Shown here in pieces: positions 30,002-39,737 of a stretch of DNA of 64,000 bases; the first letter of the stretch is position 1, and every line of letters begins with the position of its first letter. Origin of the DNA: Candidatus Bathyarchaeia archaeon (GTDB lineage Archaea > Thermoproteota > Bathyarchaeia > Bathyarchaeales > Bathycorpusculaceae). Position numbers and translations under genes: made by a program. Below the pieces are notes generated by a model. It saw only the letters and a program-made list of their open reading frames with translations, searched no databases and had not been told where the DNA came from. The DNA is taken from the NCBI GenBank assembly GCA_050108115.1, contig JBNIDP010000002.1:8414-72413 (forward strand), read 5' to 3'.

Positions 30002-31189
30002 ATGCTTTTGCCTCGTCTATGCATGCAGTCTGAGGCATCTTTTGTGGCTGAACCCCCAAAGCCAGTACCAGTTACCATCAGAAAACTTGTTTTAGTTTCA
30101 GCAATCATAGGCTACGCTGCACTTATCATTTACCTGGTTTTTTTTGTGGGCTTATTTGACTTGTTTGCGATTTTAGGTAAAATTAACTTGGGCATTTACG
30201 CTTTAGCTATAACCGCTGTGATGCTTTCTATTTTTTTTCACACAGTGGTGTGGTACAAGATTTTACAGTATCTGTCGATAAAGTTGAGTTTTCGCAAAAC
30301 CTTTAGTCTATATTGGGTTGGCATTTTTATCGACAGTATCGTTCCTGGCGGCTGGTCTGGCGATTTATTCAAAGCGTATCTGCTTTCAAAGGAACCTAAC
30401 GTTGAAGGCGGCAAAGCAGTTGCTTCCGTGGTTGCCAAAAACATGTACGAAGCCATCTTCAACTTAGGCAACATGGTGTTAGGGCTTGTCTTGTTAATTG
30501 TAAATTACAGTTACGAAAGCACAATTCTATTTTCAATCGGCATAGTTATGGTTTTATTGACTTTGCCTTTGGCGGTTTTGCTTATTATCAGTTTTCGGCC
30601 TGAAGGAGCAAAAAAAATTGTATCCGCCTGCATACGGGGCATTACACGTTTAAGCCATAACCGTTGGGACCTTAAAAAGTTTGAAGCAGAAATCGACAAA
30701 CTCTTAGACGACTACCACATGGGCATGAAAATCCTTCTAGAAAAACCAAAAATGCTCACACAACCGATGCTTTACTCTTTTATCGCTTGGGGCTTTGAAA
30801 TTGTCACGTTGTTTTTGGTTTTTGCCGCGTTAGGCTTTGTTGTAATGCCCAACGAAGTCATAATTGTACGTTCAATAGCTGGAAACATTGAGTCACAAGG
30901 TTACGCGTTTGCAGGGTACGCCCAAATCGTTGCCACTTCATTATACACAACTTTGGGGATTCAGCAGGCTCTTGCAGCTTCCGCAGCGCTTTTGGGCGGT
31001 GTGGTAGTATTTTGGCTTAAAACTGGCTTATCGTATGTAGCATTCTATTTTGTCGTGCTTGCCGATTACACTAAAAATGTTCCTGCCAAAATTCCAAAAA
31101 CTGAAAAACCGCTAGAGCAAGAAATAGAAGTTGTAAACGTAGTTACACAAGAAACGCCTACAATGGAGAAAACAAACGATAACGGGTAA
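30002..31189 (+). CDS. Lysylphosphatidylglycerol-synthase TM / flippase-like membrane protein
   Basis: GIFIDSIVPGGWSGDLFKAYLL signature; multi-TM. Confidence 0.78.
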   Translation: MLLPRLCMQSEASFVAEPPKPVPVTIRKLVLVSAIIGYAALIIYLVFFVGLFDLFAILGKINLGIYALAITAVMLSIFFHTVVWYKILQYLSIKLSFRKTFSLYWVGIFIDSIVPGGWSGDLFKAYLLSKEPNVEGGKAVASVVAKNMYEAIFNLGNMVLGLVLLIVNYSYESTILFSIGIVMVLLTLPLAVLLIISFRPEGAKKIVSACIRGITRLSHNRWDLKKFEAEIDKLLDDYHMGMKILLEKPKMLTQPMLYSFIAWGFEIVTLFLVFAALGFVVMPNEVIIVRSIAGNIESQGYAFAGYAQIVATSLYTTLGIQQALAASAALLGGVVVFWLKTGLSYVAFYFVVLADYTKNVPAKIPKTEKPLEQEIEVVNVVTQETPTMEKTNDNG

Positions 31190-31328
31190 GTGATTTTTTT
31201 GTGTTTTAGACTTTTCGTTTGAAAAAAAGATTCTTTTAGCACCTATTACTCGTACATTAAAAGAAAACTTTGATTAACAACACTTATCTTGATGAGTACC
31301 TTCAAACGTAAAGCAAGAGTCAAAGACT

Positions 31329-32300
31329 ATGGGAAATCTCACGGTAGCCGTTTTAGGCAGTACAGGTTACGCAGGCAACCTAGGCAAAAAGGGGACCTCA
31401 ACAGACATCACCTTTTATAACCTCAAAAAAGGCGAAGACACAATCACGTTTATCGAACCATCACGTTACCCAGAACGGCTCGCACCATTATACTATGCGG
31501 TTTCATTGGCAAAAAAAGCAGTAATAGCAGTTGACGAAGTAAACGCCACATTAGGCGAATGCCTTGTCATGCTGCAATGTGCAGGCATAGAAAGCGGCTA
31601 CTTCGTGCTACGCAACTACGTTTCTAAAGAAAAAATTCTGCCATTAATTAAAGGAACAAGCCTTGAAAAATATGAAATCATAAACGATGACCAGATTCAA
31701 CTCAGAGAACAACTTCTCGCAGAAGCAGCAAAAGTGCCAACTCCTGAACTTGCCGCAGACCAGCAAGCAATCGGAACAGTGCCAGTTGACCACGCTTTTA
31801 ACGTTAAAGGCGTCGGCGTAGTCGTACTTGGTGTTGTCGCAAACGGGTTTATCCAAAAACACGCAAACCTAAAAGTGTTGCCCGCAGGAAAAACCGCCCA
31901 GGTCCGTTCAATCCAGAAGCATGATGAAGAATACGACCTTTCTGGCGAAGGTGACCGCGTTGGTTTGGCATTAAAGAACATAGCTGTTGAGGACCTTGAC
32001 CGAGGCGCAGTTTTAACCAACGATTCAACTGTTAAAACAGGTAATACTTTGAAGTGTCAAGCTCAACTTGTAAAATATTGGCCCACGCCGCTTAAACAGG
32101 GTATGGTTATGCACGTTGGACACTGGACACAGTTTCTTACCGCTAAAGTTGAAGAGGTTTCAGAGGAAGCAGACTTTAGAAAGCCGTCTTTAACTTTGTC
32201 GTTGGATAAACCGCTTGTTTACAGGCAAGGAGATAAAGCGGTTTTGATGTATTTGGAAGGCGCAAAACTAAGAATAGCAGGCACACTTACGCTTGCCTAA
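31329..32300 (+). CDS. SelB/EF-Tu-like protein with degenerate G domain
   Basis: VDHAFNVKGVGVVVLG, VRSIQKH, GDRVGLALK, LDRG (EF-Tu domain II); no GxxxxGKT motif. Confidence 0.8.
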   Translation: MGNLTVAVLGSTGYAGNLGKKGTSTDITFYNLKKGEDTITFIEPSRYPERLAPLYYAVSLAKKAVIAVDEVNATLGECLVMLQCAGIESGYFVLRNYVSKEKILPLIKGTSLEKYEIINDDQIQLREQLLAEAAKVPTPELAADQQAIGTVPVDHAFNVKGVGVVVLGVVANGFIQKHANLKVLPAGKTAQVRSIQKHDEEYDLSGEGDRVGLALKNIAVEDLDRGAVLTNDSTVKTGNTLKCQAQLVKYWPTPLKQGMVMHVGHWTQFLTAKVEEVSEEADFRKPSLTLSLDKPLVYRQGDKAVLMYLEGAKLRIAGTLTLA

Positions 32301-32391
32301 ACATTTTTGTTGACTAATTTCTGGTAAATCATTTAGTCAAATAAACTTAAATTTCTTTTAACGGAATCAGTTAACAGGTTAGGTTGCAGAG

Positions 32392-33156
32392 TTGACGGTT
32401 GACTTTGAATCTTTCAATGATGTTCTTAAGCATCCGCTTAGGCGAAAAGTGCTTCTAACGTTAGGAGAAACCCCAAACCTAAGCTACGTGGAACTGCTAA
32501 ACATTACTGAAGCAACAAACACTGGAAAATTCAATTACCACCTAAAAATCCTTGGAGACCTAATAAAAAAAGACGCCAACGGAAAATATGCCCTAACAGA
32601 AAAAGGACAATTAGCCCTACAACTCCTGCAAAAGTTTCCAGAAAAAAACAGGCAACAGAAAGACCTGCATTTTGCTGATGCATCAATTATGGGTTTGTTA
32701 GGCGCTTTTTTGGTTGCAGCTAATCCTGCGTTCTGGATTGGTTTATGGCTGGATTTAAACGAGTTTACTGTTCCAGCGTTTACTGTGCCCTTATTTGGGT
32801 TGGGTGCAGTGTTGTATACTTTGTTTGTTCCAAGTTTTGTTATGCATTTTTTGGCTGTGAAACGCACCGGTAATCATGAATTGTACAATTTGCTTAGGGC
32901 GCCTTTAGTTACTTGTTTGGTGTTGTTGGGTTTTGTGGTGGTTCTTTTTGTGTCTGGTTTATGGCATAATCTTGTAGTGGACATAAAGTCGCCGTTGGAA
33001 TTGATTAGTCAAGGTTCCAGTTGGACTCATTCATCTCAGCAGTTGACTACGATAAGTTTAGTTGCTATTTTGATGCAGGGGATTTTTTACTCATTTATTG
33101 GGGTTGTACTTATTGAATTAATAAGCAGAGTACGAAAAAGGCTAAGTAAACGCTAA
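32392..33156 (+). CDS. ArsR-like wHTH fused to a multi-TM domain
   Basis: LKHPLRRKVL...TGKFNYHLKILGDLI...YALTEKG followed by about 4 TM helices. Confidence 0.75.
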   Translation: MTVDFESFNDVLKHPLRRKVLLTLGETPNLSYVELLNITEATNTGKFNYHLKILGDLIKKDANGKYALTEKGQLALQLLQKFPEKNRQQKDLHFADASIMGLLGAFLVAANPAFWIGLWLDLNEFTVPAFTVPLFGLGAVLYTLFVPSFVMHFLAVKRTGNHELYNLLRAPLVTCLVLLGFVVVLFVSGLWHNLVVDIKSPLELISQGSSWTHSSQQLTTISLVAILMQGIFYSFIGVVLIELISRVRKRLSKR

Positions 33157-33173
33157 ACAAGCAAAATAGCCGT

Positions 33174-33410
33174 TTATTTTTGGGTGGGCTTGTTTTTCAA
33201 GTAAGCTGCCAAAATGACAACTGCAAGAATCATAACAAGTAGGGTAGCGCCAAAAATGGTTAGCGGTATTCTAAAGGCTGGTTCAGAATGCAGCACGTTG
33301 GTTCCTGGCAATCCTGCCATGTATGCTGAAAGGAAAATTGCGATGAAAACTGCGCCGACGCCTTGTGTTGCATACAGGACTGTGTTGACGTGTTTTTGGG
33401 TTAATTGCAC
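33174..33410 (-). CDS. Small 2-TM membrane protein
   Basis: Two hydrophobic helices; fills the intergenic gap. Confidence 0.55.
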   Translation of the reverse strand: MQLTQKHVNTVLYATQGVGAVFIAIFLSAYMAGLPGTNVLHSEPAFRIPLTIFGATLLVMILAVVILAAYLKNKPTQK

Positions 33411-33564
33411 TTTCTTGTTGCCCCAATTAATTATTTGAATGGCTTCTTATTTAAAATGCGCCGTTAAATTTTTTGTTGGAACGGTGTGTGTGGTGTTTGG
33501 TTTTTCGAGAAAGCGTTTTATTTGTAGTGAACCTAATTGTTTGTTACCGTTTGGTTGTAGTGTT

Positions 33565-34482
33565 ATGGCTGATAACAGGTTTTATTCGCCGTTTAAAGTT
33601 GGGGTTCTTTTAGTTACGGTTGCTTATTTTTTCTTTAATTTGCATACGTTGGCGACTACGGAGTGGATAGGTGAATGGGCCAGAGTTCCCGGGTCTTTTA
33701 ACACTATCCAGTTAATTGAAGACATAAACGCAACCGTAGGTAACGCTTTTAGGATGGCGGGAAGCGTAATTGCCCTTGCAGCTGTACTGTACTATTTTGC
33801 CAAAAAAGGCTTCTCTATAAACCGAAGCTACCTTGCTGTTAGGCTTGTACTTGTTTGTGAAGCAATCTACTGGTTTGGGCTTCTATCTTCAGGCATATCA
33901 GGTGTTTACCGAGTGTTTTTCTTGGGGTTAACCAGTTACACGTACGTTTTAGGTTACGTTTTGCCTGCTGTTCTTGAATCAACAATTGTTCCAGTGGCTA
34001 TACTTGTTTTGGCGTTCAAGTTAAGCCCAAACAAACCAGTTAAAGACGCAGTTAAGTGGGGTTTGATTGCCGCAACAGTGCTAATTACTGTTTACTGGCT
34101 GCTTAACATGGGCATTTGGATGCTAACTTTACCAGTAAAAGGCACCCAATACATCACGCAGTACCCACAACTTATGGTTGCTTTTCTTTCAACTGTAATT
34201 GGGCTTTTAGCCTTAAGCATATACTCAGGTTATGTTACAAAAAAACTGTCTGGCACTCTTAGCCTGCAGAGTTTGAACCTTAAACCAGTAGGCGTAATCG
34301 TTACGGGTTTGGGTGTTTGGTATTTGTGGAATTATTTAACTTGGATTTTTTTTGGCGGCAACTACATGTGGAGTGACTGGTATGCTTGGCTGCTTGGGCA
34401 TAACATGGATTTATGGATGCTTTCTTTGCCTTTGGCGGGTTTGCCGCTGCTTTTTGCAAACAACAAAAAAGGTGACACTTAA
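33565..34482 (+). CDS. Multi-TM hypothetical membrane protein
   Basis: About 8 TM helices; ATG 33565 more plausible than 33439. Confidence 0.7.
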   Translation: MADNRFYSPFKVGVLLVTVAYFFFNLHTLATTEWIGEWARVPGSFNTIQLIEDINATVGNAFRMAGSVIALAAVLYYFAKKGFSINRSYLAVRLVLVCEAIYWFGLLSSGISGVYRVFFLGLTSYTYVLGYVLPAVLESTIVPVAILVLAFKLSPNKPVKDAVKWGLIAATVLITVYWLLNMGIWMLTLPVKGTQYITQYPQLMVAFLSTVIGLLALSIYSGYVTKKLSGTLSLQSLNLKPVGVIVTGLGVWYLWNYLTWIFFGGNYMWSDWYAWLLGHNMDLWMLSLPLAGLPLLFANNKKGDT

Positions 34483-34638
34483 AATTTGTGTTATCAAGCA
34501 TTAAAAACCGTTAGCTGTAAAATGGCAGGGTGACCAATAAATGCTGGTCTTAACGATAGTGGTAGTGTCTATCCTGTAACAACAATTTTTATGCTTGCAA
34601 CCGCACATTTTATTCAGTATTTTTTGGAGTAACAAAAA

Positions 34639-35178
34639 ATGAGTTCTTCTTCTGGAGCTTACCGTACAATAGAAATAATTTTAGGCATAATCGCACTTGC
34701 AGCAGGCATACTGGCACTGTTTTTCCCAACCGCCGTTGTTGTGACTTTAGTCGTGTTTTTCGGTATTGCACTTTTGGCTATTGGCATTTTGAGAATTGCT
34801 TCTGCAGTTTCTACGAGTAGAATGTATGGGTCAACGCGGACGACAAACGCCATCATCGGAGTTGTAGCCTTAATTATTGGTATACTGATACTGTTTTTCC
34901 CGATTTTTGCAACCGCAACAATAGTTATCCTGATTGGTTTTGCCATCCTGATTTATGGTTTAGGCAGACTTGTTGTAGGCGGCGCCGCAAGCAATCTTAG
35001 TGGCGGACTGCGTGCGTTAATGATTATCTTTGGAATACTTGTGGCAGTCTTTGGAGTAATAATCATACTGTTTCCAGTAATCGGTGTTTACACGTATGCA
35101 TTCTTTGTCGCTTTGGCGTTGATTCTAATTGGCATTGACAGCATAGCGTCAGGCTCAGTCGGCATACCCCTCACCTAA
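34639..35178 (+). CDS. HdeD/DUF308-family membrane protein
   Basis: Repeated GxxxxxxGxxxLFFP hairpin units; GGAG SD. Confidence 0.8.
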   Translation: MSSSSGAYRTIEIILGIIALAAGILALFFPTAVVVTLVVFFGIALLAIGILRIASAVSTSRMYGSTRTTNAIIGVVALIIGILILFFPIFATATIVILIGFAILIYGLGRLVVGGAASNLSGGLRALMIIFGILVAVFGVIIILFPVIGVYTYAFFVALALILIGIDSIASGSVGIPLT

Positions 35179-35195
35179 ACCCCCTTTTAGCCTGG

Positions 35196-35855
35196 TTAGG
35201 TCCACACCATGTAGGATACTACAAGAAACATAACCGCTAATGCTCCCAAAATCAAGCCGAGCAGCCACCGATACTTACCAACCGCTTTGCCAAGTTGCAC
35301 TCCATACCATGTAACCCAAGCAACCCCCAAAATGTTAGAAGTAAACCAAGCCGTCAACTTGTCAGGCAACAATAGAAACGGCAACGCCATCAACACACCC
35401 ACCGTCAAATAAATACCCAAAATCGAGGCGCCACCCAAAAACTCGTCACGAGTTAAAACCTTGCTTTTTCCAACATCTGCATCCTTAACATGCACTATCA
35501 GGTCTTTAGCTATCGCTTTTTTTCCTTCCTCACTAAACCCCGCCAAAAAAGTGTCATCAAAACTCGCAGTCACCTTATCCAAAGTACCCCCACAAGAAGC
35601 GCACTCTTTAAGCAACAAAAGCTTACTGCGAATATTATTACGCTCAATCGAACTAGAAACAGCATAAATCAAACCATCAATCACACCCCAACCAAAACAC
35701 GCACCCAAATTCACCGCAACAATATAACCAAAACCACTGTTCAAGTCGGAGAGAGCAACATATCCATTGATGATTATGACCATTAGGACGGCAAAAGCGA
35801 TTTCCCCAGTACGGTCACTATAAGACAAATAACGCTTAGCCACAAAAACCACCAC
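35196..35855 (-). CDS. Membrane protein, possibly VIT1/CCC1-like
   Basis: DRTGEIAFAVLM, N...G..DG, LPFLL; 5 TM with a soluble insert. Confidence 0.6.
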   Translation of the reverse strand: MVVFVAKRYLSYSDRTGEIAFAVLMVIIINGYVALSDLNSGFGYIVAVNLGACFGWGVIDGLIYAVSSSIERNNIRSKLLLLKECASCGGTLDKVTASFDDTFLAGFSEEGKKAIAKDLIVHVKDADVGKSKVLTRDEFLGGASILGIYLTVGVLMALPFLLLPDKLTAWFTSNILGVAWVTWYGVQLGKAVGKYRWLLGLILGALAVMFLVVSYMVWT

Positions 35856-35965
35856 TAACTAGAAAGAAAAAAGCAACAAATAAACAATTATGCCAAATCA
35901 AGCCCTCAAAGCATTCACATTGTATCCTATACAGGGTTTTCAAAAGGGTTCTGTAAAGTTCTTGT
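35620..35965 (+). repeat. Duplicated segment, copy A (5' part and upstream region of the 35196..35855 gene)
   Basis: Aligns by eye with about 37510-37840, e.g. tccccagtacggtc.ctataagacaaataacgcttagccacaaaaa. Confidence 0.85.
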
Positions 35966-36184
35966 CACCAATCTTTTTTCTTTTGGTTAACATCTTTGTG
36001 TGAAAAGTCGTCACCTGTTGCATATGTTGGGTAGGGCATCGAATTTCTGGGCAGCTGAATTTATTTCTGAGCGGGTATCCAAATAAAACTAAAAATTTAA
36101 TGAGTTATGATTTACTTTTTTTGAAGTAGAAAAAACCTTCAAATTGCCCGTAGGACAGTTTAAAAGTGAATTAAGAAAAGAAAC

Positions 36185-36973
36185 TTATTTTTCTCTCTTA
36201 AAAGAGCCTTCTCCACCCGCTTCAATTATTTTTGAAACAACTGAATTGCTTACTTTTTCTATTAGCGCTTCAGCTTTTTTCCAGTTATCAGCTGAAACCT
36301 CTACGCTATATCTGGGGGCAGCTATTACGCTAAAGTCAACTTTTGTGTCTTTAGCTTTTTGAGATTTCTGGGTTTCCAAAAAGGCATCTTTAATAATTTT
36401 TACTCCGTTAGGTTTCATGCAACGGATTTCAAGAATTCCTCTGACTTTCACTAGCTTAATGTGAATACGTTCTTCTGCAACTTGAGCAAAAACTTTAGCC
36501 ATATCTTCAGGTATACCAAGTTTGGTTAGAGATTCTGTGCCCTCTTTGAGTACTTTTTCAAAGCTTTCATACAACCCATACTTTTCTTCAAGGACTACTC
36601 CCGCTTTTTGGTAGACATCCTGTACGGGTAAACCTAATTTTTCAGCTGCAGTAGCCATAAGAGCTTCGCCTTTGCGTTCTTTTTTCCAAGCTTTTATTTT
36701 TTCGATTCTTTCACGTTTTGTTACACGTCTTAAGGATAGGTCAATGTGTCCTTTTTCGGGGTTAACATGAATGACCTTAAGCACCATTTTTTGTTTTTCA
36801 CGTACGAAATCACGAATATTTCTTATCCGCGCACTTGAGATTTCGGAGATGTGAAGAAATCCTCTTTTGTTATATTCATCTAGGTTAGCGTAGGCTCCGT
36901 AAACCATTACGCTTTCTATTGTGGCGATTAATAGGTCACCAGTTTCAGGCCATTCAGGTTTATGTTCTGACAT
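36185..36973 (-). CDS. eif2a: Translation initiation factor aIF2 alpha subunit
   Basis: PEWPETGDL, S1 domain GFLHISEIS..RIRNIRDFVRE, KGHIDLSLRRV, AAPRY. Confidence 0.93.
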   Translation of the reverse strand: MSEHKPEWPETGDLLIATIESVMVYGAYANLDEYNKRGFLHISEISSARIRNIRDFVREKQKMVLKVIHVNPEKGHIDLSLRRVTKRERIEKIKAWKKERKGEALMATAAEKLGLPVQDVYQKAGVVLEEKYGLYESFEKVLKEGTESLTKLGIPEDMAKVFAQVAEERIHIKLVKVRGILEIRCMKPNGVKIIKDAFLETQKSQKAKDTKVDFSVIAAPRYSVEVSADNWKKAEALIEKVSNSVVSKIIEAGGEGSFKREK

Positions 36974-37249
36974 GTGATACGTCCGTTTTCAATTTTATTA
37001 ACGATTCTTTAGATAAGAAATAATGTTGCACAATTGCGACAAAATCGGGCTATATAGAAGAATTCATCAAGAGAGATAAGTGTATCTAGCCACCACGTCT
37101 TGAATTTTGAATGTTTTATCTATTTCGAGAAAAATAGATTATTCGCCTCGAGTATCGTTTCTATTGCATTCAGCTTTTGGACGGTACTCCACTTTCTTAG
37201 TTCTTTGTTTATGATGCATTTCACATTCTTTGATTCTTACAAGCATCCA

Positions 37250-37722
37250 CTCTTTTTCTTCGTAAACACATCCGCAAAGTAAAGTTTTAGTTACCAAAAG
37301 CTTACCTTCAAAACCGTCAAACCCAGGATTAAGATAAGAAACAAACAACGTTTCATAAGTATTTAGTTTTTTGACTAAAAAAGAACACGAAAACCAACTA
37401 AACGAACCCAAAAAAACACAAACAACAGAACCAATAAAACACTAAACAAGCCTAACTCCGCAACCACACCAAATTAAAAGGGCACTCCCTAAGCAACACC
37501 AGTTTCTTGTGAACATTATTGCGTTTTATTGAACTTGAAACCACATAAATCAAACCATAAATCAACCCCAAGCAAAACACGCACCCAAATTCACAGCACT
37601 ATATAACCAAAACCACTATTCAAATCAGAAAGTGCAACATACCCATTAATGATTATAACCATCAAGACGGCAAAAGTAATCTCCCCAGTACGGTCGCTAT
37701 AAGACAAATAACGCTTAGCCAC
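37250..37722 (-). pseudogene. Frameshifted duplicate of the 35196..35855 membrane gene
   Basis: VAKRYLSYSDRTGEITFAVLMVIIINGYVALSDLNSGFGYI, then frameshift and stop; weak distal similarity (EGKLLVTK vs EGKKAIAK). Confidence 0.75.
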
Positions 37723-37840
37723 AAAAAACCGCCACTAACTAGAAAAAAACAAATAAACACTTATTAAAAATATTCGCCCATTCAAGCGGCTATATTTGTA
37801 TCCTATAAAAGATTCTCAAAAGGATTCTGTAAAGTCTTTA
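37510..37840 (+). repeat. Duplicated segment, copy B
   Basis: Direct repeat of about 35620-35965. Confidence 0.85.
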
Positions 37841-38199
37841 TCGGAACTGTTCTTGTTGTGTTAGACTGTAAAAAAATCATCGGATAATGAAAATTTATCT
37901 TAACGCCTTAGTTTAGTGACCCAACTGAAAAAATAATTATTGGAATACCTGCCATCCACATTACAAAAATAAAGGAAGTGGCTAAAACACCTAAATCAAG
38001 CCACCAAACTTGAGCGAAATATGCAAATCTAACACAACTTCATAAGACTGAATGAAGCATTAGACGGCAAAACACCTCACAAGCTTGCGGACTAGAAATT
38101 GAAAGAAAATATGGGTAACTCTGATTTAAAATGTACAAAAAGAGAAGGAGATAATCTAAAATGGCTTACGCTAACCACTTTACTCCTTCAAGAAGTTTA

Positions 38200-38538
38200 T
38201 TATAGGTCCTGTCTTTCTCGCTGGATTTTTGCGCCACATGCAAGCAAGCTACTCATGTGGTTTTCTACATGGAATTTGTATGCTTGTGCGTTGCCTATTT
38301 TTCTTGTCGGTATAACGAAACCCATCTTTATCATTTTCGCTAATGCTTCTTTTGTTGTCTTATACGAGAGATTCGTTGACTCAGATAGTATCGAAATTGT
38401 CTGTTCTGCATTTCCGACAAGTAATGCTTGGTCGAAAAGTCTCGCTATTGGTCCACCAAAAATGCTTGCAAATGGTCCACGAGTTGCATATTCCTCTGAA
38501 TCTTCGGTTCTTTCAAAATCTCTTGATTTAGCTGACAA
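38200..38538 (-). CDS. Small winged-helix protein
   Basis: TISILSESTNLSYKTTKEAL...TRKIGNAQAY; GGAGG SD. Confidence 0.7.
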   Translation of the reverse strand: MSAKSRDFERTEDSEEYATRGPFASIFGGPIARLFDQALLVGNAEQTISILSESTNLSYKTTKEALAKMIKMGFVIPTRKIGNAQAYKFHVENHMSSLLACGAKIQRERQDL

Positions 38539-38669
38539 TCTGGTGTTCCCTCCAAGCTACATCACTGATAATACAAGAAAGTATACTTAAATGTTACTAA
38601 TTCCCAATAACATTTTATTAAATTCCAAAGCTCCAAAACGTTTAAACGATGAGAGGTTGTTCTTCAATT

Positions 38670-39020
38670 ATGCCACCTAAAAGTCTTTCCGAAATGAAAG
38701 CAGGAGAGCGTTTTTTCGCAGGATTTATTCTGCATAAATTATGGATGGATAGATATTGGTGTGGCGAGGGTAAACGGCAACATCTTGGACACACATCGCT
38801 TGATAATGTGCCGAAAGGTAGACCTAAAAGCGAGAAAGGTGAGATTTTGGGAGTCGCTAATGACTTAAACAGATTGGGCTTTATTTGCCTGGTCTCAGCG
38901 ACAAAGGACACACATGTTTGCGCCAGTAGAGCACCTGAAATTTTAAAAATGGGATTGCCGATAGTTAATGAATATCGAAGATCCGTTGGCTTACCTCCTC
39001 TTTCGATTACAGATATTTAA
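38670..39020 (+). CDS. Hypothetical protein, possible wHTH-like partner of the divergent gene
   Basis: HTS.DNV.KG.P...L...GFI pattern; start uncertain (38670 or 38694). Confidence 0.5.
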   Translation: MPPKSLSEMKAGERFFAGFILHKLWMDRYWCGEGKRQHLGHTSLDNVPKGRPKSEKGEILGVANDLNRLGFICLVSATKDTHVCASRAPEILKMGLPIVNEYRRSVGLPPLSITDI

Positions 39021-39480
39021 CAATCAAATCATAAACTTTAACACCGATATTTTTTCCAGCCCCCAAAAACCTGTTTTTTTTACCTTCCTCGATAGTTTAC
39101 ATGGATAGCCTTCCCTCAAAGAGTTTACAGAACCCGAACGAGAAAAAGAAATCCTCAAAAGATACGCAGAAACGGGCGAAAAACTAAACTGTTTTGACAT
39201 ACTAATTCATTGCATCAAAAAATACAAGCCACAGCTTATCGACCACTTTGACTTAATCGAAACTGCGCTCAAACAGAAAAACGCCAAAAAATTAGTCGCT
39301 TCTTTAATACATTCTTTATGGCTTTTTTTGTTTGTCAAAATTGCTTATATGGGCTGGCTGGTTGTGGCTTGTGGGCGGGGAGCTCAAGAATGGGTCATGC
39401 TAGAGTCCGACTTGCATTGTGCTGTTCATTGCTGTTCTGTTGCTTTCACATGCTTTTCATTGCTTTACTTTTCATATCAA

Positions 39481-39640
39481 CCTATTAGGCGCCAAATAGA
39501 AACTCATTGCAGTTACCTATAGGGGGTCTACCTTTCAGAGGAGGGGTAGGCTCTACCTGTGCTTTTCTGGTTCTAAAGCTGCAATTTACTAAGGGAGGTA
39601 GGCGCTATTGGCTGGATTTTGTGTCATTAATATGTTGAAA
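39481..39640 (+). repeat. Dispersed intergenic repeat, copy 2
   Basis: Shares gcttttctggtt..aaa.ctgcaatttactaaggg.ggtagg.gctattgg and gtcatta.tatgttgaaa with 57027-57199. Confidence 0.85.
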
Positions 39641-39737
39641 TCCAACAACAAAAACCCGTTAACAAAGCCCCGAACATTACAGTTTCACTGCAATAATCCA
39701 TAAATCAGCACATGCACCCTTCAGCATTTGATAAAAA

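Noticed and set aside
35966-36184. nop10 expected downstream of aIF2-alpha
   Set aside because: No CxxC...HP..FSP ORF found on the minus strand.
39481-39640. G-string repeats as replication-origin ORB elements
   Set aside because: No TTCCAxTGGAA-like ORB core and no adjacent orc1/cdc6; the copies are dispersed.
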